A model generated the notes under the pieces. That model was not told where the DNA came from, ran no database searches, and was given only the letters and a program-made list of their open reading frames with translations. The translations under genes were made by a program, and so were the position numbers. DNA of 64,000 nt, from assembly GCA_001793235.1 (NCBI GenBank), contig MGHM01000016.1, positions 746 through 64,745 on the forward strand, written 5' to 3'. Of this stretch, positions 17,762 to 28,267 are shown piece after piece. Source of the DNA: Candidatus Woesebacteria bacterium RIFCSPLOWO2_01_FULL_44_24b. GTDB taxonomy: Bacteria > Patescibacteriota > Microgenomatia > UBA8517. Positions within the stretch are counted from its first letter, which is position 1, and each line of letters begins with the position of its first letter.

Positions 17762-19963
17762 TTATTGCATATTATTAAGACTATCCACTATTTCGTCTTT
17801 TGTCATAACGCCGAGCTTGACATCAATAATCTTGCCTGCGGTGTTAATAAAGAAACTCTTTGGTAAATAATTGACGTTAAAGCCGGAAGCACTTGTGCCT
17901 ATGCTGTCGTAAACAACCGGGAATTGATATGCCCCCCTCTGCATCAAAACCCGCGTTGAGGCTTCGCTTTGCTGCAGGGAGACCGCAAGAATATTTGAGT
18001 TTTCCGGTAGTTCATCACTCGCGTCGGAGAGTATGGCTGCCTGCTCGAGCGCTTGCGGAAACAAGGGAGAGAAGAAGGTAAGAAGAAGATTTTTACCTCG
18101 CAAATTGGCAAGAGAGATATTTACCCCGCTTGGGTCCGGCAGGCTGAGATCCGGAACCGGCTGACCAAGTAAGCTGTCGGTTTGAGCTTGAACGTCGGAC
18201 TCAAATTCCACATTTACACTCTCCGGGGGAGCAAATAGCTCGGGGATGGTCAGTATGATTTTCCCGATAATGGGCAGGGTAAGAATTAATGTAGGTTTTG
18301 AGCGGAGGGCAAGATCAGCATTAATCGCCGTCGTTTTTGTTAGCGTAAATATCTGGCTTTGAGTTTTGCGATAGCCCTCTGCCTCCGCCTCAATATAATA
18401 CTTTCCCGGGGGAGCCATGAAACTGTAAGTGCCGGTTTCACTTATTTTTTGAGGGTTCTTTTGACCATAGGACCCGGCATCCCAAAGGACCCACGAGCTT
18501 GAGATGGTGTCGAAAAAGAAGAGTTTAACTTCGGCCCCGGCGACTGATGAGCCCTTTTCCTTATCCGTAATTTGCCCCGGTTTTTGAATGAAAAGTGTAC
18601 CAAAAGCGCGCTCGGTGGTATTGTTCGCGCCGTCCGTAGCCGTGATAGTCAGTTGTTTTTCGCCCTCATCATTGAAACCGATTTTTCCGCTCCAAATATC
18701 CGTGCCCGCTTGTTGCTTTAATTCAAATTCAGTGTTGCCGGCAATAATTTTTGCGCTTGTCACGCCGCCTTTCATGCCGACGGCGACGGTAATGTCTGCT
18801 CCGCTTATTGCAGTAATTATGTTATTTTCGGGAATGAGTACCGAAGGCCCGAGGGTTAGTGTGCCCCCGCCGATGACCGGCGCGAAAGTGTCGATTACTA
18901 AGGTTAGAGTTTTCGATATTCCGACATTGCCCGACTCGTCAAAGGCCCGTGCGGCTATTTCGTAGTTTCCGTCTTCCAGGGCCTGCGGTGTGAATGAAAA
19001 TTGCCCTCTGGAATAGGCAGCGTCCAACCAGCTTTTGCCTCCGTCCAAGCTGACGTCGACCGAGGCTACGGAGGAAAACGCGCTTGATGCAGTGCCTGTT
19101 ATGGTCGGCGTCGTATTGCCGGTGGGGTTTTGGGCAAAGTCATTAAGCGTGACTGCCGGTGGAGTTACCGAGAAGCTGACCGATGCGTAGTTTTGGGCTT
19201 GGGTATAAACCTGAGCCAGTGACTTTGCCCGGGCCAGCACTGTGAAGTTCCCGGTAATGAAGGAAATGTTCGGGGTAAAGGTGAAATCTTCTTCCTCTTC
19301 GTCAAATTTGCCGTCACTTGGCGTTGCTCCATTCCAGCTCCCGCCGTTGTCTAAACTATATTCAGCAGTCTCAATTACCCCGTTTTCAATTGAGGAAGTA
19401 CCTTTAAATTCAAGTCCATCTCTTGCGAGAGTTAGTGAAGGATAATAGATAGGCCCTGATGTAGCCGAAGGTGCGCTTGTTGCCCCGGATGTACTAGTTG
19501 GCGCAGGGCTGGCTGTTGCTCCGGGTGACGGAAATGAAGTAGGAGTCGGTGTTGGAGTTGGTGTGGGCGCTGAAACGGTAATGGCATTAGTCATAGTATA
19601 GGTGTTGCTTGCGCCACCACCGCAGGCATTATTTCCCCAGGCAACGAAACTAATACTATATGTCCCCGGCGAGCTGGGGGCAGTCACTGAAATGCTTTCG
19701 TTGAAGGTCCCATTAGAAGTGTAGTTGGTGTGGTCCACACAGTTGGCCCCGCTTATATCCCAAGTTGAGCTCTGCCAGTTGCTTCCGGATGACGTAGTTA
19801 CGTTTATTGCCGCCGTAATGGTTGCCGAAGGGGCGACAGTTACGGTACTGGCGCCATTAAGGGTTACCGAGTTAATAGTGGTTGCTGCCAGTGCAGATGC
19901 CGGGAAAAGCATTAAAAGCACCAGAGCCAACAACAATCCCTGAACAAATTTGGGCAGAGGCAT
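17762..19963 (-). CDS. large secreted cell-surface protein: Ig-like/CARDB-like domains, PT linker, carboxypeptidase-regulatory-like domain, C-terminal redox-inactive TlpA/thioredoxin-like domain
   Basis: Signal peptide MPLPKFVQGLLLALVLLMLFPASALA. (PT)5 linker. C-terminal LRGKNLLLTFFSPLFPQA aligns to the TlpA WCxPC site with both cysteines replaced. Confidence 0.55.
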   Translation of the reverse strand: MPLPKFVQGLLLALVLLMLFPASALAATTINSVTLNGASTVTVAPSATITAAINVTTSSGSNWQSSTWDISGANCVDHTNYTSNGTFNESISVTAPSSPGTYSISFVAWGNNACGGGASNTYTMTNAITVSAPTPTPTPTPTSFPSPGATASPAPTSTSGATSAPSATSGPIYYPSLTLARDGLEFKGTSSIENGVIETAEYSLDNGGSWNGATPSDGKFDEEEEDFTFTPNISFITGNFTVLARAKSLAQVYTQAQNYASVSFSVTPPAVTLNDFAQNPTGNTTPTITGTASSAFSSVASVDVSLDGGKSWLDAAYSRGQFSFTPQALEDGNYEIAARAFDESGNVGISKTLTLVIDTFAPVIGGGTLTLGPSVLIPENNIITAISGADITVAVGMKGGVTSAKIIAGNTEFELKQQAGTDIWSGKIGFNDEGEKQLTITATDGANNTTERAFGTLFIQKPGQITDKEKGSSVAGAEVKLFFFDTISSSWVLWDAGSYGQKNPQKISETGTYSFMAPPGKYYIEAEAEGYRKTQSQIFTLTKTTAINADLALRSKPTLILTLPIIGKIILTIPELFAPPESVNVEFESDVQAQTDSLLGQPVPDLSLPDPSGVNISLANLRGKNLLLTFFSPLFPQALEQAAILSDASDELPENSNILAVSLQQSEASTRVLMQRGAYQFPVVYDSIGTSASGFNVNYLPKSFFINTAGKIIDVKLGVMTKDEIVDSLNNMQ

Positions 19964-19998
19964 AAATTCATGATAAATTATAATTAAGGATCACACAA

Positions 19999-20202
19999 AT
20001 GGATGTAAATAAATATACTTTGCCGGAGGAACCGAAAGTGGATAGCGAAGTCTCTTTTGGGCTTCAGGAATTTGAGGAGAGGGAGAAGTCGGGTTTTTTT
20101 AAAGGCAAAAGAGGAAAACTATGGGCGGGGTGTATAGTACTGCTGTTGCTTTTTGGTCTACTCGGTTCAATTTTTGTCTACATGAGCGTGGCAGGCACTT
20201 GA
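19999..20202 (+). CDS. small membrane protein
   Basis: 67 aa with a single C-terminal TM. Overlaps the 3' end of the convergent antiporter gene. Confidence 0.3.
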   Translation: MDVNKYTLPEEPKVDSEVSFGLQEFEEREKSGFFKGKRGKLWAGCIVLLLLFGLLGSIFVYMSVAGT

Positions 20203-21872
20203 GCCTTAGATAAATGTTTTATATGCCTTTCCCGTTCTTCTGAAAAGCTCTTTGAGTCCAGCCCGTGTTTCCCCACCATGTGCGCCGCGTATTGCGCGCC
20301 AAGGTAAACCGGCATAAAGACATAACTGGCACCCAGTTTATAAAGCTCCAAAGTGTCTGTGATGTGCTCCGAGAGAACCAAACTTATTGCCTTGGGACTT
20401 ACTCTGTGAAGCCTTTCAATCAAGAGCTTGTTTGTCTCAAGCGAGGGGATGGTCGAGATGATTAATTTGGCCTTATCTATGCCTAATTCTTCCAAAAATT
20501 CAATGTCGTCTGCATCACCATAAGCATAAGGCAACCCCTGCTTTTTAAGGCGCCCAATTGCCTCCGGGTTGTAGTCAGCTATGACGTAGCTTTTTTTAAG
20601 TTTTTCGATTGCCTTTACGAAATCCGCACCTGCCCGGTCGTAGCCAAAAAGAATAATTTCGGCAGGCTCATGGGGCGAGAAAGCTTTCTCTCTCGACACC
20701 GTTCTTAGTTCAAGCAATTTTATGAGCTTTTCCAGCCGTTTATAGATGAAGTCGGCGTGAAGAAATGTGTAGCTGGAGCCACCGATGGTAAATAGGCCCA
20801 CAAGTGTAACAAGCGGCAGGACCGAGTCAGATATATGGCCGACGAAGGCTCCAAGGCCCACCAAAATCAGAGAGAACTCGCTGATTTGGGCAACCGTGAG
20901 GCCCACCATAAAACCCGTTTTTCGCTTGTAGCCCAAAAGATTCATAAGAATTATCACAACAATCGGTTTTCCCACGATCACAAAGAGGGAGAGAATAATG
21001 GTAGGTAATAGTAGCTGGGGGAAAGTATCCAATGTAATTTGGGAGCCCAGGAGAATAAAGAAGAGTAGAATAAAAAAGTCGCGCAGAGGTTTCATGCGCG
21101 AGCCGATTTCGGCGGCAAAAGGCGAGGTGGACAGTACCACCCCCGCAGCAAGAGCTCCAATTTCAATAGAGAACCCGAGACCATGAAAGACAGTTGCAAG
21201 TATCATGCCCCAGGCAATGGAAAACAAAAATAAAAGTTCCTGAGTTCCCGCGATGTATTCTAAAATTTTAGGCAAGATTAGTTTACTCAGGAGCACAAGA
21301 ATGACTGACAGCGCAACACTTTTTAGAACCAAAAGCCCCAGAACCGAGGCCAAATCTCCATGGGCAGTCGCAATAGTAGGAACAAGGATGAGAATAATTG
21401 TGGCAACTAAGTCTTGCACAAGTAAAATCCCTATTGATATTTTCCCGTAGAGTGAATCCAAGTCACCTTTGTCGGTAAGAAGTTTATGAATAATAATGGT
21501 GCTACTGAAAGCCAGCGCGATGGCGATATAAACAGCTTCCAAACTGGGGATGCCCAAGAGGCGGCAGATCAGGTACCCAAAAAAAGCAGTAAAAACCACT
21601 TGGCTCAACCCAGCCAGTAATGAGATTTTGCCTACCTCCCGCAAGACCTTCGGGTTTAGCCCAAGGCCAACTATAAAAAGAAGAATTATAATCCCAATTT
21701 TGGATAAAAATTCAATGTTTTCCTTTGACTGCAGAAGGTTAAATGCATAAGGGCCAACCAGTATGCCGGTCAGAATATAGCCCACGACAAAAGGGAGCTT
21801 CAAGAGCTTCATTACCAGGGACACCCCGGTAACCAGAAGAATAACAATGCTTATCTCGCCGAAGATTTCCAT
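20178..21872 (-). CDS. monovalent cation:proton antiporter (CPA2, KefB-like) with C-terminal RCK/TrkA-N domain
   Basis: About 12 TM helices followed by IILFGYDRAGADFVKAIEKL ... a Rossmann NAD-binding-like TrkA-N domain. Confidence 0.8.
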   Translation of the reverse strand: MEIFGEISIVILLVTGVSLVMKLLKLPFVVGYILTGILVGPYAFNLLQSKENIEFLSKIGIIILLFIVGLGLNPKVLREVGKISLLAGLSQVVFTAFFGYLICRLLGIPSLEAVYIAIALAFSSTIIIHKLLTDKGDLDSLYGKISIGILLVQDLVATIILILVPTIATAHGDLASVLGLLVLKSVALSVILVLLSKLILPKILEYIAGTQELLFLFSIAWGMILATVFHGLGFSIEIGALAAGVVLSTSPFAAEIGSRMKPLRDFFILLFFILLGSQITLDTFPQLLLPTIILSLFVIVGKPIVVIILMNLLGYKRKTGFMVGLTVAQISEFSLILVGLGAFVGHISDSVLPLVTLVGLFTIGGSSYTFLHADFIYKRLEKLIKLLELRTVSREKAFSPHEPAEIILFGYDRAGADFVKAIEKLKKSYVIADYNPEAIGRLKKQGLPYAYGDADDIEFLEELGIDKAKLIISTIPSLETNKLLIERLHRVSPKAISLVLSEHITDTLELYKLGASYVFMPVYLGAQYAAHMVGKHGLDSKSFSEERERHIKHLSKAQVPATLM

Positions 21873-21885
21873 ATGATTTTAATAA

Positions 21886-22851
21886 TTGTATACTGATATA
21901 ATGAATGAGCTGACCTTTGACCTTGCAATTTATATTACTTCATTTTTTGTTATCTGGGCAGGGTCAGGTTTAATTGTTTCGGCGGTAAGTAAACTTTCTC
22001 AAAGGCTTCATGTTCCTGCATTTTTGGTTTCATTTGTAGTTCTTGGGATTCTTACTTCGACACCCGAAATGGCGGTCGGCTTGTCGGCGGTTTCCTCGGG
22101 AACGCCCAGCATTTTTGTGGGCAACCTTTTGGGCGGAATACCAGTTATCTTTTTGCTAATAATACCGTTATTGGCAATTCTGGGCCGGGGAATTAAGCTC
22201 AATCATGGCCTTGGCCAAAACAGTATTCTTCTGGCTTTAGCCATAGCCGTAGCCCCCTTTGTTGCGGTTCTCGATCATGAAGTAAATAACCAGGAAGGAG
22301 TAATTCTCATAGGCGCATATTTCGTGGTTGTTTTGTTGCTTCATAGAAATAACGTTGTGACCAAACACAATGTTAATCTGCTTAAGCTTAAAAGCTATAC
22401 CTTTATCGATATCCTTAAAGTGCTGGCCGGTACGGGAATTGTCCTTTTTTCAAGCAACATCATAGTCAGTAAAACTCTTTATTTTTCGGGAGTCTTAAAC
22501 ATTGCACCCTTTTATATCAGCTTAATTGTCTTGTCCTTGGGAACGAATTTGCCCGAGCTCACCATCGCCATTAGAGCCATTATTACGGGCAGGAAAGACA
22601 TAGCCTTTGGAGATTACCTGGGCTCGGCCGCCGCGAATACCGTTTTGTTTGGTGTTTTTACTCTGATGACCAAAGACGCGGTGATTGAGGTGGACAGTTT
22701 CTTGGTCATGTTTGTTTTGGTGGTAACGGGTCTCGCGCTTTTCTATCACTTTTCAAAAACCAAGCACACCATTTCGCCGAAGGAAGGGCTTGGCCTCCTT
22801 GCAATATATATTATTTTTGTCTTACTTGAGCTTTTTGGTAGCACTTCATAG
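21886..22851 (+). CDS. Ca2+/cation antiporter (CaCA, YrbG-like)
   Basis: Two alpha-repeat motifs (GNLLGGIPVIF and GTNLPELTIAIRAIITG ... GSAAANTVLFG). 321 aa. Confidence 0.75.
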   Translation: MYTDIMNELTFDLAIYITSFFVIWAGSGLIVSAVSKLSQRLHVPAFLVSFVVLGILTSTPEMAVGLSAVSSGTPSIFVGNLLGGIPVIFLLIIPLLAILGRGIKLNHGLGQNSILLALAIAVAPFVAVLDHEVNNQEGVILIGAYFVVVLLLHRNNVVTKHNVNLLKLKSYTFIDILKVLAGTGIVLFSSNIIVSKTLYFSGVLNIAPFYISLIVLSLGTNLPELTIAIRAIITGRKDIAFGDYLGSAAANTVLFGVFTLMTKDAVIEVDSFLVMFVLVVTGLALFYHFSKTKHTISPKEGLGLLAIYIIFVLLELFGSTS

Positions 22852-22883
22852 GATGCCCTTTTTTTGCTAATATAGTGGTGAAG

Positions 22884-23246
22884 ATGAAAAAAATTTTAGT
22901 TGTTGAGGATGACAAGTTTTTAGCCAACGCCTACATGGTAAAACTTGCAAAAGAGAACTTTGAAGTTAAGTTGGCACGGAACGGAGAAGAAGCACTTGCG
23001 GTGTTCACTGAGTTTAAGCCGGACTTAATGCTTTTGGACTTGGTTATGCCTAAAAAAGACGGTTTTGAAGTTTTGGAGCAATTGAAAGGCAAAACTCGCG
23101 TACCTATATTAATCGCGAGTAACTTGGGCCAAAAGGAAGACATCGATAGGGGCATGAGTTTGGGCGCGGCCGATTTTGTGGTTAAGAGCGAAATGCCGAT
23201 CAGTAACGTCGTCGAAAAAATCAAAAAATTACTTCACGTCTCATGA
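22884..23246 (+). CDS. single-domain response regulator (receiver only), immediately upstream of pilB
   Basis: ILVVEDD ... DLMLLDLVMPKKDG ... FVVKS. Paralogue of the receivers at 15416 and 15801. Confidence 0.8.
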   Translation: MKKILVVEDDKFLANAYMVKLAKENFEVKLARNGEEALAVFTEFKPDLMLLDLVMPKKDGFEVLEQLKGKTRVPILIASNLGQKEDIDRGMSLGAADFVVKSEMPISNVVEKIKKLLHVS

Positions 23247-24940
23247 GTAAGTTAAAAGTATATAACAGTATTACTGACGAGGGGCTGGAGCGCCTACTGA
23301 CTGAAAATAAGTTTTTGAGTCCTGAGGAGCTTGCCCAAGCAAAAGAGCTTAAAAAGGCTCAAAACATTAGTTTGTATGAAGCAGTAATAAAAAGAGATTT
23401 GCTCTCTGATGAGAATCTGGGTAAGCTCGTGTCTGAGGAGCTTGCGATTCCATTCGTTAATTTGTCCAAGGTGTCGGTGGAACCCCAGATATTAAAAATA
23501 ATTCCGGAGATTGTTGCGTCAAAGCACAAGATCATTGCTTTTGATAAGTCGGAAGAGGGCCTTAAAGTAGCAACTTCAAGACCGGAGCAAAAAGAAATTC
23601 TGAGCTTTATTTCTAAAAAAACCGGGGAGAGAGTAAAAATTTATTTTGCGACTGAAGCCGATATAGCAGAAACCTTAAGATTGTACAAAAAGGACCTGCA
23701 GCAAAGCTTTGACGACCTTCTTAAAGAGCAGATAGTGGTTGCTTCCAAGTCAAAAAATATTGACGCGCCGATACTTAAAATTGTCGATACTCTGATTGAG
23801 TATGCCTATGACAACAAGGCTTCAGACATACACATTGAGCCGGACGAGCATAGTTCAGTAATTCGCTTTCGCATAGACGGAGTTTTGCATGATGTTTTAA
23901 CTCTGCCCAAGGAGGTTCACCCCCAGGTAGTTACAAGAATAAAAGTTTTATCTAAACTCAGGATTGACGAGCACGCCTCTGCGCAGGATGGCAAAATGCA
24001 GGCAACCTTGCCGTCGGAAGAGGTTGATATAAGAGTATCCATTGTGCCAATAGTAAATGGTGAAAAGGCGGTCCTCCGGCTCCTGTCTTCGCGCTCAAGG
24101 CAGTTTTCGCTGGCCGACTTAGGCATGCTTGATAATGAACTTAAAATTATCGAGGAGGGTTTCAAACATCCATATGGCATGGTTCTTTCAACCGGCCCAA
24201 CAGGTTCAGGCAAAACTACAACTATTTATGCGATTTTGAAAATTCTAAATGTCAGGGAGAAAAATATCGCCACAATTGAGGATCCGGTTGAATATGAAAT
24301 TGAAGGCATTAATCAGATACAGGTAAACCCGAAAACAAACTTGACGTTTGCGGAAGGGCTGAAGTCGATTCTTCGGCAGGACCCGAATATTATTTTCGTT
24401 GGCGAAATCCGGGACAACGAGACGGCATCAATTGCCATTAATTCCGCACTCACGGGCCATTTGGTACTCTCGACCTTGCATACCAATCACGCTGCCGCGT
24501 CCCTGCCCCGGCTTGTGGACATGGGAGTGGAGCCATTCCTTATTGCCTCCACCATAAATGTTGTTGTTGCCCAACGATTGGTCAGGAAAATTTGCGAGAA
24601 ATGTAAAGTTTCATACACCGAAAGCGCCAAAAATCTTTCTGACAAAATCTCACCGCCTCTTGTTAAAAAACATTTGGGCAAGTCGGCCAGCGTCCGCATG
24701 TATAAAGGCAAAGGCTGCGCCGTGTGCCATTCAACCGGTTATACTGGAAGAGTTGGACTGTTTGAAGTGCTTCAAGTGAGCTCCGCAATTCAGGAGCTCA
24801 TTACCCAAAAAGGGGACGCCGAGATGATTAAGAAAAAAGCTATACAGGAGGGCATGACCACGATACTCGAAGATGGGCTAGCCAAAGTACAGTCAGGTGT
24901 GACAACCTTAGAAGAAGTTTTAAGAGTTACTGTCGCATGA
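23243..24940 (+). CDS. pilB: type IV pilus assembly ATPase PilB / GspE family
   Basis: T2SSE_N domain. Walker A GPTGSGKTTT. Asp and His boxes. Tetracysteine motif CEKC ... CAVC. Confidence 0.85.
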   Translation: MSKLKVYNSITDEGLERLLTENKFLSPEELAQAKELKKAQNISLYEAVIKRDLLSDENLGKLVSEELAIPFVNLSKVSVEPQILKIIPEIVASKHKIIAFDKSEEGLKVATSRPEQKEILSFISKKTGERVKIYFATEADIAETLRLYKKDLQQSFDDLLKEQIVVASKSKNIDAPILKIVDTLIEYAYDNKASDIHIEPDEHSSVIRFRIDGVLHDVLTLPKEVHPQVVTRIKVLSKLRIDEHASAQDGKMQATLPSEEVDIRVSIVPIVNGEKAVLRLLSSRSRQFSLADLGMLDNELKIIEEGFKHPYGMVLSTGPTGSGKTTTIYAILKILNVREKNIATIEDPVEYEIEGINQIQVNPKTNLTFAEGLKSILRQDPNIIFVGEIRDNETASIAINSALTGHLVLSTLHTNHAAASLPRLVDMGVEPFLIASTINVVVAQRLVRKICEKCKVSYTESAKNLSDKISPPLVKKHLGKSASVRMYKGKGCAVCHSTGYTGRVGLFEVLQVSSAIQELITQKGDAEMIKKKAIQEGMTTILEDGLAKVQSGVTTLEEVLRVTVA

Positions 24941-26013
24941 AGTTAAATAGCCAAGTACAAATTTTCAAACATATTTCTTTTTTGGACAAGGCGCTTTTTA
25001 CCAAGCACCTGGCCGTAATGACCAAAAGCGGCATACCTTTGGCTGAAAGCGTAGATTCGTTGGAAGAGCAGGCTAAAAACCCCACCTTCAAAAAGATTTT
25101 GGCTAAGGTGTCTGCGGATATTCAAAACGGCCAGTCACTTTATAAAAGTATGGCGAGGCACCCGCGCGTGTTTGACACGACTTATCTGAGCTTGGTTCAA
25201 ATTGGCGAGGAGTCCGGGCAACTCGAAAAAAATTTGGAATATTTAGCGGCTAATCTTAAAAAGAGCTATGAGTTTCGCAAAAAAGTGGTCAGCGCCTCGC
25301 TTTACCCGATGATTGTTTTGGTAATGGCCGTAGTTGTGGGCTTTGGAATTAGCTATTTTGTGTTGCCGAAACTTATTGATTTATTCGAGTCTTTGGACGT
25401 TGAGCTTCCCTTGACCACAAAAATTTTGTTGTTTATTGCAAATACCATGAAAGATTATGGAATATTTATTATGGCCGGAGTCTTGTTGTCTATAATTTTA
25501 TTTCGAATTTTCGTAAATTTACCAAAGGTAAAAATCCATTGGCACAGGTTTTTATTAGGGCTTCCTACAATTGGCTCGTTTATGCAAAGTGTGCAGATGA
25601 CCAGTATGTGCAGAAACATCGGGGTGATGCTTCAAAGCGGCCTTGATATAAGCACTACCCTGGAGACTCAGAAGACCGCAACAGATAATTTAGTTTATAA
25701 AGAATATTTGGCAAGTCTTCAGAGGGGCATAGAGAAAGGCAAAAGCCTCAAGGAGCAGTTAGAAAGCTCGAAGTTTCATTTTGTTCCGTCAATTGCCACT
25801 AAGATGATTGCGGTTGGTGAGAAAACCGGGACCTTGGAAAGCGCCTTTTCATATCTCGGGGACTTTTTTGAAGACGAGGTGGATAACGCTTCTAAAAATT
25901 TGTCCAGTACTCTGGAGCCCATACTTTTGATAGGTATATCTTTGATTGTTGGTTTTGTGGCTCTGGCCGTAATTACTCCAATTTATGACTTTACCTCGTC
26001 TATTCATAAATGA
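24937..26013 (+). CDS. pilC: type IV pilus platform protein PilC / GspF family
   Basis: Two T2SSF repeats and three TM helices. 4-nt overlap with pilB. Confidence 0.8.
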   Translation: MKLNSQVQIFKHISFLDKALFTKHLAVMTKSGIPLAESVDSLEEQAKNPTFKKILAKVSADIQNGQSLYKSMARHPRVFDTTYLSLVQIGEESGQLEKNLEYLAANLKKSYEFRKKVVSASLYPMIVLVMAVVVGFGISYFVLPKLIDLFESLDVELPLTTKILLFIANTMKDYGIFIMAGVLLSIILFRIFVNLPKVKIHWHRFLLGLPTIGSFMQSVQMTSMCRNIGVMLQSGLDISTTLETQKTATDNLVYKEYLASLQRGIEKGKSLKEQLESSKFHFVPSIATKMIAVGEKTGTLESAFSYLGDFFEDEVDNASKNLSSTLEPILLIGISLIVGFVALAVITPIYDFTSSIHK

Positions 26014-26441
26014 AATCCAAAGGCTTAACTTATATAGAGCTAATACTGGTAATCGGTATCATGCTTACATTATCAATTTTGACGGCCTCCTTTTATGCAA
26101 GGTTTATAACTCAAAACGCGACCGCTAATACCACAGACCGGATTGTGGGTGCCTTCACCAAAGCCCAGATGTATGCAATGATGGGCAAAAATAACAGTAA
26201 CTGGGGAGTCAACTTCGGAAGCGCCACAGTGACTATGTATCAAGGCAATTCATTTGGAACGCGAAATAGTGCCTTGGACGAATCATTTAGCGTTAATTCC
26301 AATGTGGCCATCAGCGGCTTTAGCGATATAAATTACGCGCGAGCCACGGGCTTGCCGTCTGTGGCCGCAACAATCAGTATTCAGGGTGGAAATAATTCGG
26401 ATACGGTTACGGTTAATTCACAAGGGGTGGCCAGCAAATGA
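26010..26441 (+). CDS. prepilin-type (pseudo)pilin
   Basis: Class III signal KGLTYIELILVIGIM (G-1, E+5) followed by a hydrophobic helix. Confidence 0.65.
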   Translation: MKSKGLTYIELILVIGIMLTLSILTASFYARFITQNATANTTDRIVGAFTKAQMYAMMGKNNSNWGVNFGSATVTMYQGNSFGTRNSALDESFSVNSNVAISGFSDINYARATGLPSVAATISIQGGNNSDTVTVNSQGVASK

Positions 26442-28267
26442 ACAAGGGTTTTTCGGTGCTCGAAGTGATTTTAGCAGCTGCGGTTTTTATAATTATCGCG
26501 TCAGGTGGAGTGATTGTGGTGATACAAAGCTTTAATGCCAACCGCTTGGGCCAGGAAACCACAATCGCAACCCAATTTGCCTCCGAAGGCATTGAAGCAG
26601 TCAAATCGATTAAAAATCAGGCTTACAGTAGCTTAGTCAACACCGCCGGCACAGGTGTAATTCGAAACGGTAGCGGAGTCTGGGCTTTTGGTGGCGCCAA
26701 TAACACATTCGTACATAATGCCGGGGACAATTATATTAGGACAATTAAAGTTGAAAGCGTTAACCGTGACGGCGTGCCTCCACTGGGCAATATCGTGGCC
26801 TCTGGGGGCACGGTAGACCCTGACACGAAAAAAGTCACCTCCACAGTAGCTTGGAATTTCAATAGCGTCAGGCCCGAGTCTGTGGTGCTGACTAGCTATT
26901 TAGCAGACTGGCGAAAGCCAATATCAAGCATCGGCGAAGCTCTGGCGCTTTATGGTGACACGGCTACGCTGGCTGCTCCCAGATTTAGAACGTATAGTAA
27001 TAGCAGTAATGTATTTAGTTCCGAGTCGGCGGCGGGCACCGGCTTTACAGATACGATTGTAGGTAAATCATTTAAAGTAAAAACTTCTCCAACAAAAGTG
27101 GAGGCTGTTGCAGGGTATATAAATAACAGTGGGGACATGAGAATACTATGTTATGACGGCACTTCCTGGGCCAGCGAGTGGACCGTAACTGTTGGGGGAA
27201 ACGGCACAAACTCACAAAGATTTGGTATTGCGTATGAAACCAATTCGGGGGATGTTTTGGTGGTTTATTCCAGAAATGTAGCAGCGACAGATGAGCTGGG
27301 CTATAGGACCAAGCTTGGGACCAGTGGTTGTGGAGCTGCGAACTGGAGCGCCGAAAATTTACTGAACCCTGCGAGAACCTCAGGAGTGGTTCACTGGATA
27401 GATGCGAAAGGTGACCCTCGCTCAAGCGCCAACAACATCGCGATAATTTGGGCTGACTCAAATTCCGACTTGTCGGCTATGCAGTGGGGTGGTTCATCCT
27501 GGTCAATTGTGGAACCTTCTGCAGCTTTGGAAACGGATTTGGAGCGGGCTGCAGCCTCTCAGGATGTCAGCTCTTTTGATTTGGCTTATGAGAGCATAAG
27601 CGGCAATTTGATGGTTGTCTGGAGTCCTAACGGCACAACTTGTACCGCGGGGAGCAATTGCATAAGGTATGCCCGCTACACCACTTCATGGTCGGCTTCT
27701 GCCGCGGTCCCGACGGTTGCCGACCGGGCTACAAATATCGATATTTCAGGTAACCCCAATACTAATGAGCTGGCTTTGGCTGCTATTAGTAATTCAAGTT
27801 CGGATCTGTCCACTGCACATTGGTCGGGGAGCGCTTGGACTGGAAGGGCAAACGTTGATACTTCTGCTGCGGCTGTGGCAGCAGGCACAAAAATTGTTGC
27901 GACCGGCTGGCTCGTGAGTGGTGCGACTACTAGCTACGTCGTGGTTTATAACGATTCGGGTGCAACGAACGTCGGTTGGCGTGTTGGAAACGGTAGTGGC
28001 GCAACAGTTTTGCAAACAGATTTTGTGCCCGTGCCGGTTTTTGCAAGCCCGCAAAGGTGGTATGACATTCAGACGGATCCTAAAAACCCCGACCGGCTGA
28101 TGCTTTCGCTTTCGGACAATAATTCTGACTTTTTCGCAAAAAGGCTTGTTATGACCGCAGTACCAGGATTCACTTGGTCGAATACAGAAGGTGGTTCAGC
28201 ACTCGAGACAGGCTTGGGCCAGGCAACAACAGGGCCTTTTGGCTTTGCTTATTGGCGCAATCCATGA
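26438..28267 (+). CDS. large pilin-like protein: prepilin N-terminus fused to a repeated beta-propeller-like domain (candidate tip adhesin)
   Basis: KGFSVLEVILAAAVF prepilin signal. Several blade-like repeats (SGDVLVVYS, NIAIIWADSNSDLSAMQWGGSSWS, GNLMVVWSPNG, ELALAAISNSSSDLSTAHWSGSAW). Confidence 0.6.
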   Translation: MNKGFSVLEVILAAAVFIIIASGGVIVVIQSFNANRLGQETTIATQFASEGIEAVKSIKNQAYSSLVNTAGTGVIRNGSGVWAFGGANNTFVHNAGDNYIRTIKVESVNRDGVPPLGNIVASGGTVDPDTKKVTSTVAWNFNSVRPESVVLTSYLADWRKPISSIGEALALYGDTATLAAPRFRTYSNSSNVFSSESAAGTGFTDTIVGKSFKVKTSPTKVEAVAGYINNSGDMRILCYDGTSWASEWTVTVGGNGTNSQRFGIAYETNSGDVLVVYSRNVAATDELGYRTKLGTSGCGAANWSAENLLNPARTSGVVHWIDAKGDPRSSANNIAIIWADSNSDLSAMQWGGSSWSIVEPSAALETDLERAAASQDVSSFDLAYESISGNLMVVWSPNGTTCTAGSNCIRYARYTTSWSASAAVPTVADRATNIDISGNPNTNELALAAISNSSSDLSTAHWSGSAWTGRANVDTSAAAVAAGTKIVATGWLVSGATTSYVVVYNDSGATNVGWRVGNGSGATVLQTDFVPVPVFASPQRWYDIQTDPKNPDRLMLSLSDNNSDFFAKRLVMTAVPGFTWSNTEGGSALETGLGQATTGPFGFAYWRNP

